Shown piece after piece: positions 19,914 to 30,342 of a stretch of 64,000 bases of DNA. The DNA comes from an uncultured Clostridia bacterium (GTDB taxonomy: Bacteria > Bacillota > Clostridia > Oscillospirales > Acutalibacteraceae), in assembly GCA_947625785.1 (NCBI GenBank), contig CANQPS010000014.1:11241-75240 (forward strand), given 5' to 3'. The notes below the pieces were generated by a model. It was given only the letters and a program-made list of their open reading frames with translations, had not been told where the DNA came from and made no database searches. Each line of letters opens with the position of its first letter. Position 1 is the stretch's first letter. The position numbers and the translations under genes were made by a program.

Positions 19914-22532
19914 TTATTTATTTGCTAATTTAACTAATTCAAATAATGTATTCATAGCCTCTATTGGTGTGAGAGTATTTATATCAATGGATTGTAATTT
20001 TTGTTTTATTTCATTTGTATTGTCCATTAATGACATAAGCGGCAGCATATCATTATCATTACTGTGTTTTTTAGGTTTCGGAGATAATAATATATTGGTT
20101 TTATTCTCACTTTCTAATTCGGATAAAACTTGTTTTGCTCTTGTAATAACCCAATTAGGTATTCCGGCTAATTTTGCAACATCAATTCCATAGCTATCAT
20201 CTGCCGAACCTTTTATTATTTTTCTCAAAAATGTTATGTCATCACCTCGTTTTTTAACGGCGACATTATAGTTATTTATTCCGTCAACGGTATCTCCAAG
20301 AGATGTCAGTTCGTGATAGTGTGTTGCAAAAAGTGTTTTAGCACCAAGTTTCTTTTTATCAGTAACATATTCGAGAACAGCTTTTGCTATACTCATTCCA
20401 TCAAAGGTTGATGTTCCACGGCCAATTTCATCAAGTATTAATAAACTTCTTGATGTAGCATTTTTCAAAATATATGCCACCTCATTCATTTCAACCATAA
20501 AAGTAGATTGTCCCGATGCCAAATCGTCAGATGCTCCTACTCTTGTAAAAATACTGTCAGTTATACCTATTTCTGCATAACTTGCGGGTACAAAACTTCC
20601 TATTTGTGCCATAAGCACTATAATTGCACTTTGTCGCATAAATGTAGATTTACCCGCCATATTAGGACCTGTTATAATTGCAACTCTATGTTTATCATTA
20701 TCAAGCATCAGGTCATTTGCAACAAATGGTATATCCCCCATTAAACTCTCAACAACAGGATGTCTGCCATCTTTTATAAGTATTTTACCACTGAGATTTA
20801 TTTGAGGTTTTGTATAATTATTATTATATGCTGCAACCGCAAATGATGCTAAGACATCGAGCTGGGCTATAACTCTTGCTGTTTTATTAACTCTGTCAAG
20901 CTGTTTTGATACCATAGTACGGATATTATTGAATATTTCATATTCGAGATTTATGGATTTTTCTTTTGCACCTATAATTCTGTTTTCAAGAGATTTAAGT
21001 TCCTCTGTTATATATCTCTCACAATTTGACAAGGTTTGCTTTCTTATATATGTATCAGGGACAAGATTTTTATAAGAATTTGTTACCTCTATATAATAAC
21101 CAAAAACCTTATTATAACCTATTTTAAGTTTCGGAATATTTGTTTTTTCTCTTTCTTGTGACTCAATATTTGCTATAATATTATGACCATCTGTTAAATC
21201 TCCTCTTAATATATCAAGTTCTTCACTGTAACCTTTACGAATGATACCACCCTCCTTGATTGTGAAGGGCGGGTCATCTACTATTGCATTGTCTATAATC
21301 TGAACAACATCTTCGAGCAAATCTATATTGTTGCAAAGACTTTCCAATAACTGAGATTTACAGCTTGATATAGAATTTTTAACCTCAGGCATTTGTTTCA
21401 ATGTTGAACATAATGCCCTTAATTCCCTGCCATTTGCTGAACCATACACTATTTTGGTCATTATGCGTTCTATATCAAATACACTTGATAAAGCCTTTGT
21501 AAGTTCATCACACATTATTTTATTTGAATAAAGTTCTTCAACGGCATTTTGTCTGTTTATTATTCTTCCGCAACTTAAAAGTGGCTGCTCTATCCAATTT
21601 CTTATCAATCTTTTTCCCATAGAAGTTTTAGTTTTATCAAGAACCCACAACAATGAACCTTTTTTTTCTTTATTTCGCATTGTTTCTGTGAGTTCAAGAT
21701 TACGCTTTGAATTATAATCAAGACGCATATATTGACTTTCGTTATATATCTCTATACCTGAAATTCTTTCGATTCCGGTTATTTGTGTTTTTCTGAGATA
21801 ATCAATCAATGCACCTATACAACAGACAGTTTTCGGTTTATCATCTATTCCTAAATCTTCCAGATTTTTATTATTGAAATGTTCTTTAATTATATTACTT
21901 GATTTATCAAAATCAAAATTTTCATCTGTCAGCATTTCAATATTTGCTTTTAATTTATCCCTGATAAAATCTTTTAAAGCAGAAATTCTATCAATATCTC
22001 CGCCAATTAATATTTCAGATGGTGAAAATCTGCCTAACTCATCTCTTATTTTATCAACAATACTATTATTAATTTGAGTAGCATACAATTCTCCCGTTGA
22101 AATATCGCAAAAACATATTCCAACTTCATTATTTGATATAAGCATACTACATATAAAATTATTTCGTGATTCATCAAGCATACTGTTTTCCATTACAGTT
22201 CCGGAAGTTATAACCCTTATAACTTCTCTTTTAACAATACCTTTTGCTTGCGATGGATCTTCCGTTTGTTCACATATAGCAACTTTATGGCCATTAGCAA
22301 CAAGTTTTGCTACATATCCCTCATAACTATGGTATGGTACGCCACACATTGGAGCTCTTTCCTCTTGTCCACAATCTTTGCCTGTTAAAGTTAGTTCAAG
22401 CTCTTTTGATGCAATAATTGCATCATCAAAAAACATCTCGTAAAAGTCGCCTAATCTGAAAAACAATATTGTATCTTTATGTTTTTCTTTTATAGCAAAA
22501 TATTGTTTCATCATTGGAGAAAGCTCTGACAT
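19914..22532 (-). CDS. mutS: DNA mismatch repair protein MutS
   Basis: It has the MKQYFAIKEKHKDTILFFRLGDFYEMF mismatch-binding N-terminus and a Walker A motif GPNMAGKST. Confidence 0.96.
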   Translation of the reverse strand: MSELSPMMKQYFAIKEKHKDTILFFRLGDFYEMFFDDAIIASKELELTLTGKDCGQEERAPMCGVPYHSYEGYVAKLVANGHKVAICEQTEDPSQAKGIVKREVIRVITSGTVMENSMLDESRNNFICSMLISNNEVGICFCDISTGELYATQINNSIVDKIRDELGRFSPSEILIGGDIDRISALKDFIRDKLKANIEMLTDENFDFDKSSNIIKEHFNNKNLEDLGIDDKPKTVCCIGALIDYLRKTQITGIERISGIEIYNESQYMRLDYNSKRNLELTETMRNKEKKGSLLWVLDKTKTSMGKRLIRNWIEQPLLSCGRIINRQNAVEELYSNKIMCDELTKALSSVFDIERIMTKIVYGSANGRELRALCSTLKQMPEVKNSISSCKSQLLESLCNNIDLLEDVVQIIDNAIVDDPPFTIKEGGIIRKGYSEELDILRGDLTDGHNIIANIESQEREKTNIPKLKIGYNKVFGYYIEVTNSYKNLVPDTYIRKQTLSNCERYITEELKSLENRIIGAKEKSINLEYEIFNNIRTMVSKQLDRVNKTARVIAQLDVLASFAVAAYNNNYTKPQINLSGKILIKDGRHPVVESLMGDIPFVANDLMLDNDKHRVAIITGPNMAGKSTFMRQSAIIVLMAQIGSFVPASYAEIGITDSIFTRVGASDDLASGQSTFMVEMNEVAYILKNATSRSLLILDEIGRGTSTFDGMSIAKAVLEYVTDKKKLGAKTLFATHYHELTSLGDTVDGINNYNVAVKKRGDDITFLRKIIKGSADDSYGIDVAKLAGIPNWVITRAKQVLSELESENKTNILLSPKPKKHSNDNDMLPLMSLMDNTNEIKQKLQSIDINTLTPIEAMNTLFELVKLANK

Positions 22533-22709
22533 TTAATACAATCCTCTCTATTATCAAAAAAATTTTTGTAACTGATTATCTTTTGGTATATCTTTTGTTA
22601 ATCCAAGAACATATACTTATTTATCTGTTTCTGCAATAATAATTCTCATTATCATTCTCATAATGCTCAATTCGATTATTCCTTTATAATATCACAATAA
22701 CTATTCATA

Positions 22710-23117
22710 TCAGCCGCAGCCTCCACAAGTTGAACAACTTCCGCTGCAAGACGGTGAATAATCTGTTGTTTCAGGGTCTGCTCCTTCCGCTGATTGTGTA
22801 ATTATAGCTGTAACTCTTGCTAACAATAAATCTATATCTTTTTTAGCCGAATTATAATTCATCATATTTTCATTTTCCATAATTTCCTTATAAATTGTTT
22901 GTAATTTGGTATTTTTTGATTTAATAGCTTCTTCATCTCTATCAGTTCTGGATACTAAATCATTTATTTGCATTCTTATAAGATTAAATTCTCCTATAAG
23001 TTCCTGTAACTTTTCATCATTGTCACTATTTTGTCTTGCTATTTCAAACTTTAAATATTCATCTGAACACTGAATTTCTTTTCCGATTTCTCTTGCTAAT
23101 TTTATTATATCTGCCAT
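22710..23117 (-). CDS. YmcA/RicA-like (UPF0342) protein with a C-terminal cysteine-cluster tail
   Basis: It is a helical YlbF/YmcA-like protein between miaB and mutS, as in Bacillus ymcB-ymcA-mutS-mutL. The tail ends CSGSCSTCGGCG. A gggag RBS precedes the Met at 23117. Confidence 0.6.
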   Translation of the reverse strand: MADIIKLAREIGKEIQCSDEYLKFEIARQNSDNDEKLQELIGEFNLIRMQINDLVSRTDRDEEAIKSKNTKLQTIYKEIMENENMMNYNSAKKDIDLLLARVTAIITQSAEGADPETTDYSPSCSGSCSTCGGCG

Positions 23118-23133
23118 AATTACATACTCCCTT

Positions 23134-24537
23134 TTATTCATTTATCAATAGTTTACCCTTTAATATCCAATTTCTTGCCCTTGTTATTTCAACATTCACA
23201 AATTGACCAATTAAATTTTTATCGCCTTCAAATTCAACTACAATATTTTCCTGATTTCTTGCTGACAATTCTCCTTCTGTATTTGCTTCGCTCTCTACAA
23301 GAACTTTATAAGTTTTACCGACCATAGATGCACATCTATCAGCAGCAATTTCTTCTTGAACTTTTAATAATTCTCCCATCCATCTTGCTTTTTCTTCATA
23401 AGTAATAGGGTCGTCCATTTTAGCGGCCGGCGTTCCAACCCTCGGGGAATATATAAATGTGAACAGTGATGTAAATTTTACTTCTCTTATAAGTGACAAT
23501 GTTTCTTCAAATTCTTCGTATGTTTCTCCCGGAAAACCTACTATAACATCACTCGTTAAAGATACATCAGGAATTTTTTCTCTTATATAATTTACGAGTT
23601 CTAAATATTTTTCCCTTGTATAATTTCTGTTCATTGCTTTAAGCACTCTGTTGCTTCCGCTTTGAAACGGTAAATGAATATGATTGCAAATTTTTTCATT
23701 TTTAGCTATTGTATCAATTAATTCTTTGGTAGCGTCTTTTGGGTGTGATGTCATAAACCTAATCCAGAAATCTCCTTCATAATTAGCTATCGTATCAAGT
23801 AATTTCGCAAAATTAATATCTTGATTAAGATTTTTGCCGTATGAATTTACATTCTGACCTAAAAGCGTTATATCTTTATATCCGTTTTGTATCATTTCTT
23901 TTGCTTCATCAAATATAATTTGCGGTTCTCTGCTTCTTTCCCTTCCTCTTACATACGGCACTATACAATATGTGCAAAAATTATCGCAGCCATACATAAT
24001 CGGCAGCCAGCCTTTAAATGTACCGTCACGCTTTATAGGTAAACCTTCGTGTATTAGTTTATCATCGTCACCTATCTTTACTATCCTTGTTTTAAAATTT
24101 AATGACAAATACATAAGATACGGCAATTTATGTATTGAATGTGTCCCGAATACAAGATTTACAAACGGAAAACTTTTATATATTTTATCTGCAATATGCT
24201 GCTGTTCCATCATACAGCCACACAACGCTATAAATAAATTCGGATTTTTACGCTTGATATTTTTTAATGCACCAACATTACCAAAAACTCTGTCTTCGGC
24301 GTGTTCCCTTACTGCACAGGTATTATATATAATAATATCCGCCTTATCCGGCTCATCTGTAAATTCACAGCCCATTTTTTCAAGTATACCTTTGATTTTT
24401 TCGCTGTCCGCTACATTTTGTTGGCAGCCATAAGTTCTTACCATAGCAATAGGTGTATTATTGTTTCTTGCTTTTGCTGAAATTATAGAACTTGTAAGTG
24501 CTATATATTTTGATTGCTCCTGCAAAATCTCACTCAA
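23134..24537 (-). CDS. miaB: tRNA-2-methylthio-N6-dimethylallyladenosine synthase (radical SAM methylthiotransferase)
   Basis: It has a UPF0004 N-terminus (MVRTYGCQQNVADSE), a radical-SAM CxxxCxxC motif (CDNFCTYC) and a TRAM C-terminus. Confidence 0.93.
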   Translation of the reverse strand: MSEILQEQSKYIALTSSIISAKARNNNTPIAMVRTYGCQQNVADSEKIKGILEKMGCEFTDEPDKADIIIYNTCAVREHAEDRVFGNVGALKNIKRKNPNLFIALCGCMMEQQHIADKIYKSFPFVNLVFGTHSIHKLPYLMYLSLNFKTRIVKIGDDDKLIHEGLPIKRDGTFKGWLPIMYGCDNFCTYCIVPYVRGRERSREPQIIFDEAKEMIQNGYKDITLLGQNVNSYGKNLNQDINFAKLLDTIANYEGDFWIRFMTSHPKDATKELIDTIAKNEKICNHIHLPFQSGSNRVLKAMNRNYTREKYLELVNYIREKIPDVSLTSDVIVGFPGETYEEFEETLSLIREVKFTSLFTFIYSPRVGTPAAKMDDPITYEEKARWMGELLKVQEEIAADRCASMVGKTYKVLVESEANTEGELSARNQENIVVEFEGDKNLIGQFVNVEITRARNWILKGKLLINE

Positions 24538-24834
24538 GACCTTATCTCTCCTTACGCATAAATAATCATTATAATTTTATCATTGCATATTATAGTTGTC
24601 AAGTTCATTGACAAACTTAAAATCTTATAAAAAGATATGAAACATTTTAAATAAAAAATTAAAGATTTTTAAAATTCATTAGCTAAATTTGTTAATTTTT
24701 CTTTGGGAAACCATACTAAATCTTTGTAATCTATCGTTCTTATAGTAAATTTTGTTTCTGATTATCTTACATTAAATCAAAATAGTAATTGTTTAATAAT
24801 AAGTACTATAAAACCCTATAAAAGCAAAAAAGAA

Positions 24835-24868
24835 AAAATCGGAACTTAGTTCCGATTTTCCCTTTTTA
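24835..24868 (-). terminator. Bidirectional rho-independent terminator after the BI-1-family gene
   Basis: A perfect hairpin AATCGGAAC-T-GTTCCGATT is flanked by T/A runs on both strands. Confidence 0.7.
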
Positions 24869-25041
24869 CTTTCTATCAAAAACAATTCTTTGTTTAAGTA
24901 TAAATTTTTTAACATTTCCTTTTTAACTGACTATACGGCAACTATTACAATTATTATTATACTATCTATAATACAATATAAAATAGTATTTAATATTAGG
25001 ATACCATTAATAAAAACTACTGCCTATATCTATTATTTTGA

Positions 25042-25779
25042 TTAATCCCTTGCTCTGCCGAATATACTTAGCAGCCTTATGAATATATTAATAAAATCAA
25101 GATATAAATTTAATGCAGAAATAACGGCAAATTTTTGTACATTATCTCCGTCAAGATAATGATTTTCATAAGTTCTTTTTATCATTTGAATATCATACGC
25201 CGTAAATCCTAAGAATATCAGCAATACAAATGCAGACAATAAAACTTGTGCTAATTCAAATCCACTGAAAAAGATTAATATTATTGAAAATAACATTGTG
25301 CATAAAAGACCAATCATCAGTATAACACCAAGTTTGCTTAAATCTATTTTTGTTTTATAACCCAAAATGGCAAATATACCAAACATAGCTCCTGCACCTG
25401 CAAATGCCCAGATTATTGATGATAATTCATACGCTACAAGCAACGGTGATAAAGTTATACCCATTGATATTGAATATAACATATATAAAACCCTCGCAGC
25501 ATTTACAGACAACTTATGGATTGCTAATGATAATATCAATACAAATACAATTTCTGCTATAACAGCTACAAAAATAATACCCATATTTTGCTGAACTAAG
25601 CTATATAAATCCATTCCTGCCGTTAAATAAAATCCCAGTGCAAAGGTAATTGCTAATCCCAAAAACATCCAAGCAAATGTTTTTGATATAAACTTAGATA
25701 AACCAATAGAGTCTGTTTGATTGACATAACCATTGTTGTAACCATCATAATTGTCGTTATAATTATTATAGTTTTGCAT
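25042..25779 (-). CDS. Bax inhibitor-1/YccA-family membrane protein
   Basis: It has seven TM helices and a C-terminal basic FIRLLSIFGRARD typical of the BI-1/YccA family. Confidence 0.8.
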   Translation of the reverse strand: MQNYNNYNDNYDGYNNGYVNQTDSIGLSKFISKTFAWMFLGLAITFALGFYLTAGMDLYSLVQQNMGIIFVAVIAEIVFVLILSLAIHKLSVNAARVLYMLYSISMGITLSPLLVAYELSSIIWAFAGAGAMFGIFAILGYKTKIDLSKLGVILMIGLLCTMLFSIILIFFSGFELAQVLLSAFVLLIFLGFTAYDIQMIKRTYENHYLDGDNVQKFAVISALNLYLDFINIFIRLLSIFGRARD

Positions 25780-26009
25780 AAAGATTCATTCCTTTCTAAT
25801 CTTATTGTATATATAATATCATAAAAAAAGAAAATATTTTTCTTTATAATCAAAAAAACTGTTATTTATATATTATTTATAGTTTGGTATCAAATTATTA
25901 ATTACTTAATTTTACAAAAATTTCTTTTATATTTTTGTCTTATATATGAAATAATAGTAGTAAATACGGTTTTCGTATTTATGTTATAATTAAGGAGATA
26001 TTAAAAATT

Positions 26010-26462
26010 ATGAAGAAAATATTATGTGCTTTATCAGCTGTACTTATGATATGCATTTTTGCAGGTTGTAATGCAGAAGATGGTATTATCAGCGATGACA
26101 ACGGAACAATTACTGATAATAATAATAACAATAATAATAACAATAACAACAACAGTAATACACCCAATAGTACAAATTCAAACAATAGCAGCATATTAGA
26201 TAATAACAATGGCAATGTAAATAATTCTAATAATAATGACACTAACTCAGATAATAACAGTGCCACAGAAAGTAACGGTACAGGCGGCGGTATGGAAAAT
26301 AACAACAATAATAACACAGGAAATACTGACCCCGGCCGTATATCCGATAATGGAAACGGCAGTACCAATGGAGATTTTGATGGTGCATTGGGAAACAATT
26401 TAAATAATGGCGGAAGTATCGGCGGTATTGGCGGTGCCGGTGCCGGCGGCGGTATTGGATAA
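26010..26462 (+). CDS. Low-complexity Asn/Ser/Gly-rich lipoprotein
   Basis: It has a signal peptide with a lipobox (IFAGC) and a strong RBS (aaggag). The body is N/S/G-rich, including N13 encoded by an (AAT/AAC)n run. Confidence 0.65.
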   Translation: MKKILCALSAVLMICIFAGCNAEDGIISDDNGTITDNNNNNNNNNNNNSNTPNSTNSNNSSILDNNNGNVNNSNNNDTNSDNNSATESNGTGGGMENNNNNNTGNTDPGRISDNGNGSTNGDFDGALGNNLNNGGSIGGIGGAGAGGGIG

Positions 26463-26551
26463 GTCAAAAAACTTCTGTTTTATTCCAATATATTAGATAA
26501 TAAAAACAGACAACGGGATAATATCTTGTTGTCTGTTTATTATATTTAATC

Positions 26552-28525
26552 CTAATTTAATATATCTTCAACATAAGCTCTTAGAATTTCGCCTACACTC
26601 CACGCCTGAGCATAACAACCTCTTGATATATGCGGTTCATCTCCATCAAATATCTCTGCTATTGAACCCACACAACCATCTCTTAAATGGTCTTCAATAG
26701 GTTCTAACAACAATTTTGCATAACTCTTACTTTCCGGCGAACGGTCATTTACTTTTACATAAGCCGTAATTAATGCACCAAGCGGAAATGCCCACGCAGT
26801 CCCTTGATGGTATGCGGCATCTCTGTCGTGTAATCTGCCTTTGTATACACCTTTATAATCTTTATCATCATGCGACAACGACCTTAATCCATAACTTGAA
26901 TATAATTCAGCTATGACAGTATTTACAACCTTTTTTTCCTGTTCCAAAGACAACATCGTAAAAGGTAATGATACTGCCCAAATTTGATTTGGCCTTATTT
27001 TATCATCTTTTTCCGCACCATCAATTACATCGTATAAACACTGTTTTTCCTCATTCCAGAATTTTTCTGTAAATGATGTTTTTACTTTATTTGCAAGTTT
27101 TGAATAGTCTTGATATTCCCTGCCAAAACGCTTTGACAGTTTTTCCATCACTTTTAAAGCGTTATACCACAATGCATTTATCTCAACCGGCTTTCCGTGT
27201 CTTGGAGTTACAACCCATTCACCAACCCTTACGTCCATCCAAGTAACTTGGTCAAAACCACTTCCTGCGTGAATAAGTCCGTCATCTTCCATATAAATAG
27301 AAAAATCTGTTCCATTTTTATAAGCCTGTATAATTTCTTCTAATTTACTATAAATTTCTTTTTCTACAAAATCATAGTCGTTTGTATATTCAAGATATTT
27401 ATATACGGAATAAAAATACCACATAGAAGCATCAACAGTATTATATAATGGTTCAAGACCTTCATCAGGGAACATATTTGGCACAAGACCATTATTAATA
27501 TATTTTGCAAATGTTCTTAAAATACCTTTTGCATCTTCAAAGCGTTTTGTAACGAGTGTTAAGCCTTGCAGTGCTATCATAGTATCTCTGCCCCAATCAG
27601 AAAACCAAGGATAACCTGCCAATATTGTTTTATAGCCTGTTGACTCTCTTTTAACAATAAATTGGTCTGCTGCCTGTACGAGTTGACGAACTATTTCATT
27701 GTTATATCCTGCATTATCTTTAATATTCTTCATTCTATTAACAAAATTATCAATAGTAACAAATGAATTTTTTTCAAAAGTATCTTCGATAGAACATACA
27801 ACGGAAATCTTCTTTTTCTCGAAAGGCTTTAAATCTATTGAAATATCATAAGGTGTAAGTTGATTATCAATACAAGTCATACCGGTATTAATTTCTGTCT
27901 GATATTCTAAGTCTATTGTATATCTATCATCATATTGAGTTCTTTCCTTATATTTGCCCTCACTAACATAGAACTTTATATCTAAATTTTTATTTTGTTC
28001 AGGTGTCAGATGCAGTATTGTTCCGTCTATATACATATTATATTTAATTTCAGCTCTTTCGCTTCTTTCGTGGTGACTTCTATAACTGAAAAGCGGTTTT
28101 ATTGTAAATACTGTATTTTTAGAACCATTTAAAACTTCATAACCTATTGCAATAGTATTTCTTTCAAACTCAAATGCAATAGTCTTTTTTACAAAACATT
28201 CTTCTGCTTGATATATAAAGTTAGGAACTTCCTCATATATAAATCTTTGTAAGTAAAGCTGTCCCTCATCATTATAGCCTCCGGCTTTTTGATTAGTTGC
28301 AAAATTATAAATCTTGTTATCAATTTTTACGCTTTCATCAATTTTAGATAAAATCAAATATCTTTCAATAGGTGCTTTTAAACTTGCTATTAAAAGACCG
28401 TGATGTTTTCTTGTATTTGCACCTATAATAGAGCTGCCGCAATATGCACCTGCACCATTTGCAATAACCCATTCACGTTCTATACCTGATGCAAATGTTT
28501 TCCAATATCCTTTACCAAATTTCAC
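26552..28525 (-). CDS. Glycogen debranching enzyme-like protein (amylo-alpha-1,6-glucosidase family, GDE_C)
   Basis: It has the GYPWFSDWGRDTMIALQGL motif and a six-hairpin glycosidase C-terminal domain. Confidence 0.8.
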   Translation of the reverse strand: MKFGKGYWKTFASGIEREWVIANGAGAYCGSSIIGANTRKHHGLLIASLKAPIERYLILSKIDESVKIDNKIYNFATNQKAGGYNDEGQLYLQRFIYEEVPNFIYQAEECFVKKTIAFEFERNTIAIGYEVLNGSKNTVFTIKPLFSYRSHHERSERAEIKYNMYIDGTILHLTPEQNKNLDIKFYVSEGKYKERTQYDDRYTIDLEYQTEINTGMTCIDNQLTPYDISIDLKPFEKKKISVVCSIEDTFEKNSFVTIDNFVNRMKNIKDNAGYNNEIVRQLVQAADQFIVKRESTGYKTILAGYPWFSDWGRDTMIALQGLTLVTKRFEDAKGILRTFAKYINNGLVPNMFPDEGLEPLYNTVDASMWYFYSVYKYLEYTNDYDFVEKEIYSKLEEIIQAYKNGTDFSIYMEDDGLIHAGSGFDQVTWMDVRVGEWVVTPRHGKPVEINALWYNALKVMEKLSKRFGREYQDYSKLANKVKTSFTEKFWNEEKQCLYDVIDGAEKDDKIRPNQIWAVSLPFTMLSLEQEKKVVNTVIAELYSSYGLRSLSHDDKDYKGVYKGRLHDRDAAYHQGTAWAFPLGALITAYVKVNDRSPESKSYAKLLLEPIEDHLRDGCVGSIAEIFDGDEPHISRGCYAQAWSVGEILRAYVEDILN

Positions 28526-28542
28526 AAAATCACTCCTTAACT

Positions 28543-28827
28543 TTATAAATTCATCAAATTTAAAATCCTGTTTTTATACTCTTGTAATGATAAATCTTTA
28601 TCATCCGGATTTAAAATTATTTTCGGATTTTTATAAATCTTATTTCTGCCATTATCGAGAAAAATATAATCTATAAATTTATCCATATCTCTGATTGTAT
28701 AATCTGATAAGTCATCTATTAACTGTTTTGGAATTTTTATATTTATAGGTTCATTCGCAACAGTATTAAGCCATTTGTCTATATTATCGTTATTATTTGT
28801 AATTTTTTCATCTAAATTCTTACCCAA
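28543..28827 (-). CDS. Hypothetical small protein
   Basis: It is a 94-aa ORF packed tightly between the HAD and GDE genes. No recognisable motif. Confidence 0.35.
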   Translation of the reverse strand: MGKNLDEKITNNNDNIDKWLNTVANEPINIKIPKQLIDDLSDYTIRDMDKFIDYIFLDNGRNKIYKNPKIILNPDDKDLSLQEYKNRILNLMNL

Positions 28828-28847
28828 TTCAGTTCTCTCCTTTATTT

Positions 28848-29489
28848 TTATATAAAATTAATTAAATCTTCAAAATTATTTATAATACCGTAAATTTTTT
28901 CAGTTATATTTTTGTCAGGCGGCGTCAAATCCGGAATCATAATAACATTACAACCTGCACAATATGCAGATTGGATACCATTTGGCGAATCTTCAACGGC
29001 TATACAATCCGCAGGTCTTTCGTTTAGTTGTTCGCAGGCATACAAGTATATATCCGGCATAGGTTTTCCTCTCAAGACCATTGAAGCCGTTAATATTTTA
29101 TTAAAAAATTGATATATTCCTATTTCTTTCAAATATTTTTCTGTTGTTTCTAAATTAGTCGCAGTTGCAACTGCTGTTTTAATATTTTTATCTTTTATTT
29201 TTTCGAGAGTATTTTTTACACCTTTTTTTATTTTGATACCATTTTTTTGTAGATGTTCATTCATAAGCTGCCTGCGTCTGTTCCTGACAGCGTTATAATT
29301 AAAATTTTTACCTAATTCAGATTTCAAATATTTTTCTGCAAAAGGTGCTGCTAAACTACGAATATGCAAGGCATTTTCAAATGTCATATTAAAACCATAC
29401 TCATTAGCCGCCTGACACCAAAACTTTGTGAGATACTTTTCTGTGTCTATCAATACACCGTCCATATCAAATATTATTGCCCTTATCAT
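28848..29489 (-). CDS. HAD-IA family hydrolase (beta-phosphoglucomutase-like)
   Basis: It has the IIFDMDGVLIDTE motif I and downstream HAD motifs. Confidence 0.8.
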   Translation of the reverse strand: MIRAIIFDMDGVLIDTEKYLTKFWCQAANEYGFNMTFENALHIRSLAAPFAEKYLKSELGKNFNYNAVRNRRRQLMNEHLQKNGIKIKKGVKNTLEKIKDKNIKTAVATATNLETTEKYLKEIGIYQFFNKILTASMVLRGKPMPDIYLYACEQLNERPADCIAVEDSPNGIQSAYCAGCNVIMIPDLTPPDKNITEKIYGIINNFEDLINFI

Positions 29490-29632
29490 TAATAATCACA
29501 CCATTAACTTTTATAATACTATTATACATACAATAGCCTATGATTTCAACAATATATCTTTTTAAAATTAGCATTTTATGTTATTATATAAGTAATAGGT
29601 ACTATTTTTATAATATTGGGAGATAAATTACT

Positions 29633-30229
29633 ATGAATAAACAAGATTTAGAAAAGCAATTTTCATTTTTAGGTGAATTAGATAAAGAAAAATTTATCAC
29701 AAGACAAACATATTTAACAGACGGAATACGCAAGGAAAATGATGCCGAACACGCTTGGCATATGGCTGTAATGGCATTAATATTAGAACAATATTCAAAT
29801 GAAAAAATAGACCTTCTTCGTACAATATCAATGATATTAATACACGATGTTGTTGAAATTGATGCCGGAGATACTTACGCTTATGATGAACAAGCCAAAT
29901 CTACACAAACCGAAAGAGAATTGTTAGCTTCAGAAAGATTATTTGAAATGCTGCCAAAAGAACAGGCAGAATATTTCAAGAATTTATGGTTAGAGTTTGA
30001 AGCACAGGAAACCCCGGAAGCCAAATTTGCTCGGACAATGGATAATATTCAGCCTATGATGTTGAACGCTATGACAAACGGCAAAGCTTGGGTTGAACAT
30101 AGCGTACATCTACACCAGATATTAAAAAGAAACCAAAATACTGCTAAGGGTTCGCAAATACTATGGCAATACGCAAAAGAACATTTTATTGATAAAAATG
30201 TTGAAAATAATAAAATTATAAACGATTAA
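29633..30229 (+). CDS. HD-domain phosphohydrolase (YfbR-like 5'-deoxynucleotidase family)
   Basis: It has H...HD...D metal-binding motifs (AEHAWHMAV...LIHDVVEIDAGD). Confidence 0.75.
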   Translation: MNKQDLEKQFSFLGELDKEKFITRQTYLTDGIRKENDAEHAWHMAVMALILEQYSNEKIDLLRTISMILIHDVVEIDAGDTYAYDEQAKSTQTERELLASERLFEMLPKEQAEYFKNLWLEFEAQETPEAKFARTMDNIQPMMLNAMTNGKAWVEHSVHLHQILKRNQNTAKGSQILWQYAKEHFIDKNVENNKIIND

Positions 30230-30342
30230 TTTACTCTTTATATTTTTGACGATAAATAAAATTAAAACGGCTTTATAATCATTATATATAGGTTATCAAG
30301 CCGTTTTAAGTATTTTTATATTTAATTTTTAAAAATTCTAAT

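Noticed and set aside
25979-26467. Minus-strand 162-aa Leu/Pro-rich ORF overlapping the lipoprotein gene
   Set aside because: It is the mirror image of the (AAT/AAC)n repeat, so the poly-Leu is an artefact. The plus-strand ORF has a signal peptide, lipobox and RBS, and the minus one does not.
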